Positions 18,376 through 26,173 of a stretch of DNA of 37,808 nucleotides are shown here, one piece after another. Every line of letters starts with the position of its first letter. The first letter of the stretch is position 1. The notes beneath the pieces are model-generated. The model was not told where the DNA came from. It saw nothing but the letters and a program-made list of their open reading frames with translations, and made no database searches. This DNA comes from an uncultured bacterium (GTDB lineage: Bacteria; Bacteroidota; Bacteroidia; Bacteroidales; JACABE01): NCBI GenBank assembly GCA_903911455.1, contig CAIWDQ010000633.1:1-37808 (forward strand), given 5' to 3'. The position numbers and the translations under genes are program-made.

Positions 18376-18749
18376 GAAATCATATTCAAAATAATATCAC
18401 TATTAAATAAACTCCAAATTGTTTTCTTGTAAAGAATTTTCATAATAATTATTTCAAAAATAAGATTTAATAATAATTTCACTTTTGTGAGATTTAATTT
18501 TGTGATGTCAAAAATAGAAGTAACTTTGCAGCCTGGATTAATAGAAATATCCTGCATTTTATGAAAAAAATAGAATCATATACTCTAAAATCTCACATTG
18601 ATTGTGCCTTCATTTTAACTGTAAATAAGTAATTATTTATACAGAACTGCTTAAGTAAATAGTACGGCAGACAGTTAATAACAAATGTATTAATTGTTAA
18701 ATGAAGGGGAAAGTATTATCTAATTAAAACTAGTACTTAGAATGCCTTG

Positions 18750-18776
18750 AGTATTTAGAGTATTTAAAGTACTTAG
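18750..18776 (+). repeat. Left arm of the 27-bp inverted repeat (3 x 9 bp) flanking the four-helix-bundle gene
   Basis: AGTATTTAG AGTATTTAA AGTACTTAG, with an extra unit AGTACTTAG at 18732-18740. Confidence 0.85.
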
Positions 18777-18809
18777 TTTCCGAGTTAACAGTGCATAAAT
18801 TAATTTCAT

Positions 18810-19169
18810 TTGGAAAACAAGGAATTTGGTCGTTTATTAGAAATCAGAACAAAAACCTTTGCAATTAGTATAATTAAGTTATCAGCATCATTGCCTAATA
18901 CATCAGAAGGCAAGGTGATTAAAAATCAAATTACAAAATCAGGGACAAGTGTTGGTGCAAATTATAGAGAAGCAAATCGTTCGAGAAGTAAAGCTGATTT
19001 TACTAATAAAATTAGGATTTGCGAAAGTGAAGCCAATGAAACAATGTATTGGTTAGAGATAATAAGTGAATTATTTTTAATTGAATCAAACAATTTAAAA
19101 ATAATTATTACTGAAGCTGACGAATTAATTGCAATTTTTACATCTATTAGCTCAAAACTAAGAAACTGA
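18810..19169 (+). CDS. Four-helix-bundle protein (23S rRNA intervening-sequence protein / Avd-like family)
   Basis: 119 aa. FAISIIKL...LP...VIKNQITKSGTSVGANYREANRSRSKADFTNKIRICESEANETMYWLEII is the typical signature of this family. TTG is the only possible start, because an in-frame TAA lies at 18801-18803. Confidence 0.8.
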   Translation: MENKEFGRLLEIRTKTFAISIIKLSASLPNTSEGKVIKNQITKSGTSVGANYREANRSRSKADFTNKIRICESEANETMYWLEIISELFLIESNNLKIIITEADELIAIFTSISSKLRN

Positions 19170-19181
19170 TTCCAATAAACT

Positions 19182-19208
19182 CTAAATACTCCAAATACTC
19201 TAAATACT
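19182..19208 (+). repeat. Right arm of the 27-bp inverted repeat (3 x 9 bp)
   Basis: CTAAATACT CCAAATACT CTAAATACT is the reverse complement of 18750-18776 at 24 of 27 positions. Confidence 0.85.
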
Positions 19209-19243
19209 TTTTTCTATTTCTTAACAATTTAATACATTTTATT

Positions 19244-20221
19244 ATGCCAGTAGATCATTTAATATTTAGTAATCATTGGAATACTCCATTTTATCATAAC
19301 CAAAAAAGATCATTTGAAACAGGAGGACAGCTTGATCAAGCATTAGAAGCCGAGATTTTAAATCTTAAAATTAAAGCACTATATGATTTTTACAATCCTC
19401 GTTACATAGGTTATAGAGCTTCTTATATGTTTTGGCTTGAGAAAGTTGGAATTTATAGAGGTTCGGGCTCAGTAATAAAAGAAAAGATTGATGCATTAGC
19501 AGGAGCCCAAATAGACAAAGTTGATAAATTTCTGAAAAACGTTTATATAGACGACAAACCAAAATATTTGGAATTAATGTCTGGTGGTAGAGCGCCTTTT
19601 CAGAAAGGTACATATACTAATAAAATTCTTTTTTCAACACAATTAGCTGATGCAATGCTTTTGCGCACAGAATTAGCTCCAATTGCACAAGATTTTAAAG
19701 ATTTTGTAACCAGTTTGGATGATGCAAGAAAAGCACAGCGCATCAACAAACAAAATGTAAAAAATGCAAGTGTTGACCTCGAAAAGAAGCGCGTAATATT
19801 AGCTGATGGTTTATTTTATGTATATGGTGGTTTAATAGTTATCTATTTTGAAACACCTAATGAGATAGCAAAATATTACGAGGTAAATCAAATGTTCGCC
19901 AAAAAAGCCGGACAAGTTATAGTTAATCCTGATGTTACCATTTTAGAATTATTACCATTAGAAACCAAAGAAGCAGGTTTTAATTTCTTACCAACAGATG
20001 AAATCAATGCTTCGGACGTAGGTAATGGTGATATAGAATTCTGGATAACAGACGGGACTCCTCCAAATGTAAATACCAAAAAAGGAACCATACATGCAGG
20101 AGATGAATTTATAATTCGTCCACCCGAATGGGCAACATCCGATTGCAGATACTTATTTTTTAAATGTACCGACAACGAATTTAATACCACTGTGCATTTA
20201 GTAAAGGTAAATCCTGTTTAG
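19244..20221 (+). CDS. Hypothetical protein, no recognisable family
   Basis: Clean 325-aa ORF with an ATG start and no signal peptide or TM segment. The N-terminal two-thirds look helical and the C-terminal ~100 aa look beta-rich. A strong terminator follows it. Confidence 0.6.
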   Translation: MPVDHLIFSNHWNTPFYHNQKRSFETGGQLDQALEAEILNLKIKALYDFYNPRYIGYRASYMFWLEKVGIYRGSGSVIKEKIDALAGAQIDKVDKFLKNVYIDDKPKYLELMSGGRAPFQKGTYTNKILFSTQLADAMLLRTELAPIAQDFKDFVTSLDDARKAQRINKQNVKNASVDLEKKRVILADGLFYVYGGLIVIYFETPNEIAKYYEVNQMFAKKAGQVIVNPDVTILELLPLETKEAGFNFLPTDEINASDVGNGDIEFWITDGTPPNVNTKKGTIHAGDEFIIRPPEWATSDCRYLFFKCTDNEFNTTVHLVKVNPV

Positions 20222-20251
20222 TCATCACAGGATATTTTAATTGTTAATATG

Positions 20252-20292
20252 TCAGGATTAAAGCCGAAAGGTTTTAGTCCTGATTTTTTATT
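20252..20292 (+). terminator. Rho-independent terminator (14-bp stem, GAAA tetraloop, T-run)
   Basis: TCAGGATTAAAGCC-GAAA-GGTTTTAGTCCTGA has two G-U pairs on the plus-strand RNA, followed by TTTTTTATTT. Confidence 0.85.
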
Positions 20293-20346
20293 TATATATA
20301 TATGATTTTTATATTAACCTGAAAAAAGTGGGGAAATATCAAAAAC

Positions 20347-21822
20347 CTAAGCTTTCTTAGAAATCCATTCGGCAGGATTCAACTTTTTAGTTCCCTTCCA
20401 AATCTGGAATTGTAGTTCGGTTTTATTATCATCAGATTCTGTATCAATAACACCTATCTTCTGTTTGGTAGTAACTTTATCACCACGCTTAACATACACC
20501 TGCCCAAGATTAGAATAAACCGAAAGATAATCACCATGACGGATAATGATAACCATTAATCCATTAGGACCGGGAAACACTGAGGTGACAACACCATTAA
20601 AAACAGCGCGGGCAGTTGAACCCTTGTTCGTTAAAATATCAATACCATAATTTTCTCTTTTAACATGTGGAAGTTCAGGGTCGGCCCTTACTCCAAAAGT
20701 ACTTGATATAATACCGTTTTCGGTAGGCCAGGGTAAATGTCCTCTGTTCTTAGCAAAATTATTAGAGATTAATTCTTCTTCGGGTGTTGCCGAAATCTCA
20801 TATGTTTTCTTAGGCGTATTTACAACAGTTGGTTCTACTTTTTCTTTTACTTTTTCGGGTATAGTTTCTTTAATTTTAGTGTTTTCTGTCTTGGTAGTTT
20901 TAGTATTCTCTGTTTTAGTAGTTTTAGTTTTTTCTGCTAATCTTGAAGCTTCTATTTTCCTTTTTTCATCAGCCTTTCTCTTTTCATCTAATTTTCTTTT
21001 TTCATCGGCTTTTTTACGCTCTTCAGCTTTTCTTATTTCCTCAGCTTTACGTATTTCTTCGTTAATAACTCTTTCAATTTCTTTCTGGAGTTTTTTAGCT
21101 TCTACTTCTTTCTTTTTAATTGTTTTGATGAGCTCTTTCTCAGTTTTCTGAAGCACTTTAACCGTTTTATTCTTTTCTTCCTTTTCTTTGGTTAATTTTT
21201 GCTTTTCACTCTCCTCATTCCTCAATAATACGCTTTGATCCTTTTTATGATTCTCTAACTCATTCTTCTTTTGAGTAAGTTGATTTTGTTTTGCAATAAT
21301 TAAAGTAACCTGATTTTTGCGATAAGCAGAATATTGTTTAAAATATTTTAATCGTTGATAAGCCTGATTAAAGTTCTCAGAAGAAAAGATAAACATAGTG
21401 TTAGAATATGAATTACGATTCTTATAATAAGCAACTATCATCTTAGAATATTCCTTTTTAAGGGCATCAAGTTCTGCACTTAGCTTTTCAACAGTTTGAG
21501 CCGTTGTAAGAATATCTCCATTTATATTAGTAATTTCATCGCTGATGTTAGAGATAAGTTCTTCGCGTTTATCAATTTTATTTTTAAGAATGGTAAGAGT
21601 TTTCAGAGAAGTCTGTTTCTCTTTTTTGGTTTCTTCAAGTAGTTTGGTGCTATATTGAATTTCTTGTTCTATCCTCTTTTTATTCTCTTGAAGCTTGTTT
21701 TTGTCTTTTTGAGCATTGGATTTATTAACAATAGAAAATAATAAAACTATAAGAATTATTATCCTTAAATGATATGTACTATAGCTCTTTATTAATTTAT
21801 TCATTGTTTTGTTTTGAAGCAT
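20347..21822 (-). CDS. EnvC-like murein hydrolase activator (coiled coil plus degenerate LytM/M23 domain)
   Basis: 491 aa with a signal/anchor sequence and a long Lys/Glu-rich coiled coil. The C-terminal M23-like domain has its metal ligands replaced (NYGID for HxxxD, ELQFQ for HLHFE). An alternative start is the ATG at 21804. Confidence 0.8.
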   Translation of the reverse strand: MLQNKTMNKLIKSYSTYHLRIIILIVLLFSIVNKSNAQKDKNKLQENKKRIEQEIQYSTKLLEETKKEKQTSLKTLTILKNKIDKREELISNISDEITNINGDILTTAQTVEKLSAELDALKKEYSKMIVAYYKNRNSYSNTMFIFSSENFNQAYQRLKYFKQYSAYRKNQVTLIIAKQNQLTQKKNELENHKKDQSVLLRNEESEKQKLTKEKEEKNKTVKVLQKTEKELIKTIKKKEVEAKKLQKEIERVINEEIRKAEEIRKAEERKKADEKRKLDEKRKADEKRKIEASRLAEKTKTTKTENTKTTKTENTKIKETIPEKVKEKVEPTVVNTPKKTYEISATPEEELISNNFAKNRGHLPWPTENGIISSTFGVRADPELPHVKRENYGIDILTNKGSTARAVFNGVVTSVFPGPNGLMVIIIRHGDYLSVYSNLGQVYVKRGDKVTTKQKIGVIDTESDDNKTELQFQIWKGTKKLNPAEWISKKA

Positions 21823-21837
21823 CCAAAGATATAAAAA

Positions 21838-22695
21838 TTATTTCGGAATAATCTCATCATAAGATTCCGGTATAGTAAACGGGAAACTCTGAGGTTCGTC
21901 AATTATACACTTAGTAAATTCTATCTTGATTTTAATTTCTTTTTCGGCACTTATTGCAAGTTCTAATAGTATGGGGAACAGTTGATCTGCTATCTTTTCG
22001 TAGTTGCTATAAGTTGCTTTAAGTTTATTGTTAGCCTTAACTTCTTTTACAGTAACATCATTTATTTTAAAAGTTACAGGATCAAGTGTAATGTTCTCAA
22101 CTAATATTTTATTATGATCATTTAAATTGCGAACATATTTTTTAAGCTTACGACGATTAATAGTACTTAACCTTATTTGATCATTATCTAAGCTTACTTT
22201 AAACTTATCATTCTCGTAGTATTTAAAATCATTTCCTACAATAATTGCTTGTAACATATCAAAGTCAATTGCATTGTTTACAAACCTGTTTATATAATTA
22301 AAGTCACTAATAAAAAACAGTTTATCTTGCCTGTTAATAAACTTAACAGTGTCTTCAGTTATTAAGATCCTTGCTCCTTCAAATCCCATCTTAGAAATAG
22401 AAATCCAGATTACACTATCATGTAACATACGTAATGTTCCGGAGAATGAACTATTGTTAACATCTGTAATATACTCAACATTAAACTTCGCAGACAACCA
22501 TTTATATTTAAACTGGTTTTGTTTCATCTTATCAAAGACATAAGTTGAGTGATTATCTTTCAACGAATCTTTGATAGCTTCTTTTACTTCTGGTGGAGGA
22601 GGTGGAGGTATTATAACCTTAGTTGTTTTGCACGATGAAAGTGCAACCCCCGAAAGTATCGTTAACCATAATATAAGTTTAGTGAGATTATTCAT
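21838..22695 (-). CDS. DUF4292-like lipoprotein
   Basis: 285 aa with lipoprotein signal LSGVALSSC. It sits between the TPR and M23 genes, as in the gene string I recall being conserved in Bacteroidota. It overlaps the TPR gene by 8 nt. The family name is assigned from memory and context, not from a search. Confidence 0.55.
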   Translation of the reverse strand: MNNLTKLILWLTILSGVALSSCKTTKVIIPPPPPPEVKEAIKDSLKDNHSTYVFDKMKQNQFKYKWLSAKFNVEYITDVNNSSFSGTLRMLHDSVIWISISKMGFEGARILITEDTVKFINRQDKLFFISDFNYINRFVNNAIDFDMLQAIIVGNDFKYYENDKFKVSLDNDQIRLSTINRRKLKKYVRNLNDHNKILVENITLDPVTFKINDVTVKEVKANNKLKATYSNYEKIADQLFPILLELAISAEKEIKIKIEFTKCIIDEPQSFPFTIPESYDEIIPK

Positions 22696-24457
22696 ATAGT
22701 TTTTTATCAGCTACTTTTTTATCAAGAAACTCAGAACCTTTGCCGGCACCTTTTGCTTTAATCCAATATTGCAAAGCATTCTCTTTATCGCCTAACTTAT
22801 ACAATACATCACCATAATGTTCTGTGATAATATCGTTGGTTTTTCCACCGGATTCAATTGCTTTTGATATCCATTTCTTAGCATCTTCAAATCTACCTAA
22901 TTTATAAAGAACCCAACCATAAGTATCCTGGTAAGATGAATTATTAGGAACAATATCATTCATCTTCTTAGCCATACTTTCAGCTTCATCCAGATCCTGA
23001 TTTTGTAAAGAGAGATAGTAACTAAAGTTATTTAATACCTCTACATTATCTGGGTCAAGCTTTAATACTTTACGGTATGATTCAAATGATTTATTGTATT
23101 CTTTATTCTTATAATAAATATCTCCTAAATAAGAATTGAACTGTATTAAAAGCTTATCATTATCTACAACAAACTCTCTTCCTTTAGTTAAAGACTTAAT
23201 AGCAACATCAAGTTTATTAAGTTGGAAGTTAGAAATACCGGAGAAAAGATAGATCAAAGGTTGTTCAGGAAATAATTCAATTGCTCTGGCACTTTCATCA
23301 GCTAATGCCTGGGTATTCAGTAATTCGGATTCAATTACAAGGAGAGTTTCCCATACAGGATATTTACTGCTATCTAGAGATATTACTTTTAAAAAGGCTT
23401 CTCTTGCTTCTTTATATTTCTTATCTCTATAAAGAAAATCACCATAAATAGAATAAGCTTTAGCATCCTCTTTGTGTGTCTTTATCAAAATTTCTGACAA
23501 TTCAAATGCTTGATCTTTTAACGAAGAATATATTTCGGTTACAGAATAGTAAGATAGCATAATCTTCATCTTAGTATCAATATCCAGAGCCGGATTAGCA
23601 AACCCAAGCTTCAGTTCCTTATATGATCTATCTTTATTACCAACCTCTCTATAATAACTAGCTAACGAAATATGAATAAATGGATCGTTAGGATTCTTTG
23701 TTAATATCTTATTATATTGTATTAATGCCTTATCATACATCTTCTTCGACATGTATAACTCTGCAATCATAGCATTGTACTTGATAACTTCCGGCATTTG
23801 GGCTGATAGTTTCTCAATCTCATCAACAGCTTTGTTAAACTTATTTAGATTTAGATATATCTTCTCTTTTTGTAGTGAAACACCTTCAGTTAAGCCTATT
23901 TTCTTTTCTATATTATCATACACTTTTAACGCTCCATCCAAGCTTCCTTCTGTAATATAAGCATTAGCCCAGTCGTAGTAATAGTCTATGTTTTCAGGGT
24001 GTCTGTTAACAATTCCTTCTATCACCTTGGTAGCTTCTTTATATTTATTATTTGTTTTATAAAGATCAGCCAACAGTAACTGATACCAGATATTATCTTT
24101 ATCCAGTTCAGCAGCTTTTTGAGAATAAGTAAGAGCATCAGTTGTTTTCTTTTGTATCTCAAATATCCTTGCCATCTGGTAATAAGCGGCTGCGTTCTCC
24201 GGATCTTTATTGATAACTTTAGTGTAAATTCCTAAGGCATCAGTTAAGTTCCCAAGTAATCGTTCTTTTTCAGCATCAATAAAAAGAGCATCGTTATTAA
24301 GCTTATATAAACTCGATAACTGATACTTTTTAGCTTTCCCTTTCTGTGATGATTGTTTCTTTTGATCAGTTGTAGTATTAACGCTTGTTGATTTACACGA
24401 AATAAATAACAATACACTTAATAGCGTAACTAATAGTATCGGTTTGAAGGACTTCAT
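22688..24457 (-). CDS. Tetratricopeptide-repeat lipoprotein
   Basis: Many TPR units (A.Y..A......Y..A...Y.K.....P.N) and lipoprotein signal LLFISC. The ORF-track TTG at 24466 is replaced by the ATG at 24457 (MKSFKP...). Confidence 0.8.
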   Translation of the reverse strand: MKSFKPILLVTLLSVLLFISCKSTSVNTTTDQKKQSSQKGKAKKYQLSSLYKLNNDALFIDAEKERLLGNLTDALGIYTKVINKDPENAAAYYQMARIFEIQKKTTDALTYSQKAAELDKDNIWYQLLLADLYKTNNKYKEATKVIEGIVNRHPENIDYYYDWANAYITEGSLDGALKVYDNIEKKIGLTEGVSLQKEKIYLNLNKFNKAVDEIEKLSAQMPEVIKYNAMIAELYMSKKMYDKALIQYNKILTKNPNDPFIHISLASYYREVGNKDRSYKELKLGFANPALDIDTKMKIMLSYYSVTEIYSSLKDQAFELSEILIKTHKEDAKAYSIYGDFLYRDKKYKEAREAFLKVISLDSSKYPVWETLLVIESELLNTQALADESARAIELFPEQPLIYLFSGISNFQLNKLDVAIKSLTKGREFVVDNDKLLIQFNSYLGDIYYKNKEYNKSFESYRKVLKLDPDNVEVLNNFSYYLSLQNQDLDEAESMAKKMNDIVPNNSSYQDTYGWVLYKLGRFEDAKKWISKAIESGGKTNDIITEHYGDVLYKLGDKENALQYWIKAKGAGKGSEFLDKKVADKKLYE

Positions 24458-24550
24458 TTGTTTCAATAGATTTTCTTTTAATGGTACAGTCGTTTATTCA
24501 GTTTGTGTTCCTATTTATCAGATTAACTGAAAAACATTAATAATATTGTG

Positions 24551-25564
24551 TTAAACATTATAATTTATTGTTGTAAAGTCTCCTATACTTAACTCTTTAA
24601 CGTCACCTTTGTATTCAACATGATTACCTATCATTGAACGATCTATATTGGCATTCCTGATTACTGAATTAGTTTGGATAATGGTATCAGTTATAATAGA
24701 ATCGGATATCTTTGTATTATCACCAATTGAAACATGAGGCCCAATTATTGAATTGATTATTTCAACATTATTACCTATATAACATGGAGGTGTAATTATA
24801 GAATTAGTAAATAAAGCAGTCTCCGACACCAGTTTCTCTGTGTCTTTACTAAGTTCTAATATCCTGTGATTGGTATGAACTGTAGCGTCTTTGTTACCAC
24901 AATCCAGCCATTCATCTACTGTGCCTACCGAAAACTCAGTACCTTTCTTCATCATGTTTTGTAAGCCATCTGTCAACTGATATTCGTTCCCTTTGATGAT
25001 ATTATTATCTATCAGGAACTGTAGTTCGCTTTTCAGATAATCACCATCTTTAAAATAATAAATTCCAATTATGGCTTTATTAGATATAAAGTCTTTAGGT
25101 TTCTCAATAAAGTCGGTTATGATGTTGTTATCATTAGTTTTAACAACTCCAAAAGCACTCGGATCAGCTACTTCGTGTACAAATATTATCCCATCCTTTG
25201 AATGATCCAGTTTAAAGTCAGCTTTAAACAAAGTATCGGCGAAAGCCACAGTTACATTCCCTTTTAACGAATCTGCAGCGCAAAGTATAGCATGTGCTGT
25301 TCCCAATGGTTCATGTTGATAATAGATCTTCCCTTTGGCACCAAGCTTTTCAGCAATTTCTAAGAGTTGCTTTTCAACATCTGCACCGAAATCACCAATT
25401 ATAAAAGCGATTTCTTCAACTTTAGTATTTGCTATTTTAACAATATCTTCAGCTAATCTCTGTACAATAGGCTTGCCGGCTATCGGAATCAAAGGTTTTG
25501 GTATTGTAAGGGTATGAGGACGCATTCTTTTGCCCATACCTGCCATCGGAATTATTATTCTCAT
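24551..25564 (-). CDS. Sugar-phosphate nucleotidyltransferase with C-terminal left-handed beta-helix
   Basis: MRIIIPMAGMGKRMRP...PKPLIPIAGKP is an NTP-transferase G-rich loop. The C-terminal part shows hexapeptide-like repeats (IGNNVEI..SIIGPHVSIGDNTKI). Confidence 0.8.
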   Translation of the reverse strand: MRIIIPMAGMGKRMRPHTLTIPKPLIPIAGKPIVQRLAEDIVKIANTKVEEIAFIIGDFGADVEKQLLEIAEKLGAKGKIYYQHEPLGTAHAILCAADSLKGNVTVAFADTLFKADFKLDHSKDGIIFVHEVADPSAFGVVKTNDNNIITDFIEKPKDFISNKAIIGIYYFKDGDYLKSELQFLIDNNIIKGNEYQLTDGLQNMMKKGTEFSVGTVDEWLDCGNKDATVHTNHRILELSKDTEKLVSETALFTNSIITPPCYIGNNVEIINSIIGPHVSIGDNTKISDSIITDTIIQTNSVIRNANIDRSMIGNHVEYKGDVKELSIGDFTTINYNV

Positions 25565-25582
25565 AGTTTTAGTTCTGTTTAA

Positions 25583-26017
25583 TTAATGTTTACCGGTGTG
25601 TCCGAATCCTCCTGCACCTCTTTCGGTTTCGGCTAATTCATCCACTTTTATCCATTCCGCTTTCTCGTGCGATGCAATTATCATTTGTGCTATTCTTTCG
25701 CCGTCATTAATAACATATTCCGCATTAGAAAGGTTTACAACTATCACTTTTATTTCTCCACGGTAATCGGCGTCAATTGTGCCTGGCGAATTTAAAACTG
25801 TAATGCCATGCTTGTAAGCCATTCCGCTTCTTGGTCGTACTTGTGCTTCGTAACCTACAGGTAATTCAATAAACAATCCTGTTGGTATTAATGCTCTTTC
25901 TAATGGTTTTAATGATACAGATTCAGCGAGTTCTGCTCTTAAGTCCATACCTGCCGATGCATTCGTTTCATAAGCAGGAAGGGGGTGTTTTGAGGTATTT
26001 ACGATCTTTATTTCCAT
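25583..26017 (-). CDS. dut: dUTP diphosphatase
   Basis: The sequence [28 protein letters not shown]...RSG...[11 protein letters not shown]...GGFGHTG carries the dUTPase motifs. The start is taken at the internal ATG (26017), which gives a canonical 144-aa protein. The ORF track extends to 26077. Confidence 0.9.
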   Translation of the reverse strand: MEIKIVNTSKHPLPAYETNASAGMDLRAELAESVSLKPLERALIPTGLFIELPVGYEAQVRPRSGMAYKHGITVLNSPGTIDADYRGEIKVIVVNLSNAEYVINDGERIAQMIIASHEKAEWIKVDELAETERGAGGFGHTGKH

Positions 26018-26034
26018 TCCTTTTTTTAAAGAAG

Positions 26035-26042
26035 CAAAAGTA
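26035..26042 (-). promoter_or_regulatory. Candidate -7 box (TACTTTTG on the minus strand) for dut
   Basis: The plus strand reads CAAAAGTA, 18 nt upstream of the ATG at 26017 and inside the longer ORF version. This supports the shorter dut. Confidence 0.4.
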
Positions 26043-26135
26043 GTTATTTTAATCAAATTGAACTTAGAAAGTTTCATATTTTTAACTAAACTTCATATTT
26101 ATATCCAAATATATAAAACTTATGAGATTATTTAT

Positions 26136-26143
26136 TACATTTG
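26136..26143 (+). promoter_or_regulatory. Candidate -7 box (TACATTTG) for the methyltransferase gene
   Basis: It overlaps the ORF-track TTG start at 26141, and the first ATG (26174) lies 31 nt downstream. Confidence 0.4.
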
Positions 26144-26173
26144 ACGAAGTTTTGGTTAATACACAATAGCTAT

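Noticed and set aside
18345-18557. 70-aa minus-strand ORF and a 23-codon plus-strand ORF (18561-18632, MKKIESYTLKSHIDCAFILTVNK) in the ORF-free part of the island
   Set aside because: The region is AT-rich and neither ORF has a recognisable motif or promoter box. The 70-aa ORF's 3' end (its last 2 codons) runs into the 41-bp tandem array. They cannot be excluded as small proteins but are not supportable from sequence alone.
18810-20221. Diversity-generating retroelement (an Avd-like gene is present)
   Set aside because: No reverse transcriptase ORF lies anywhere in the window. I could find no template/variable repeat pair with adenine-specific differences, and the 325-aa protein has no obvious C-type-lectin-like variable C-terminus.
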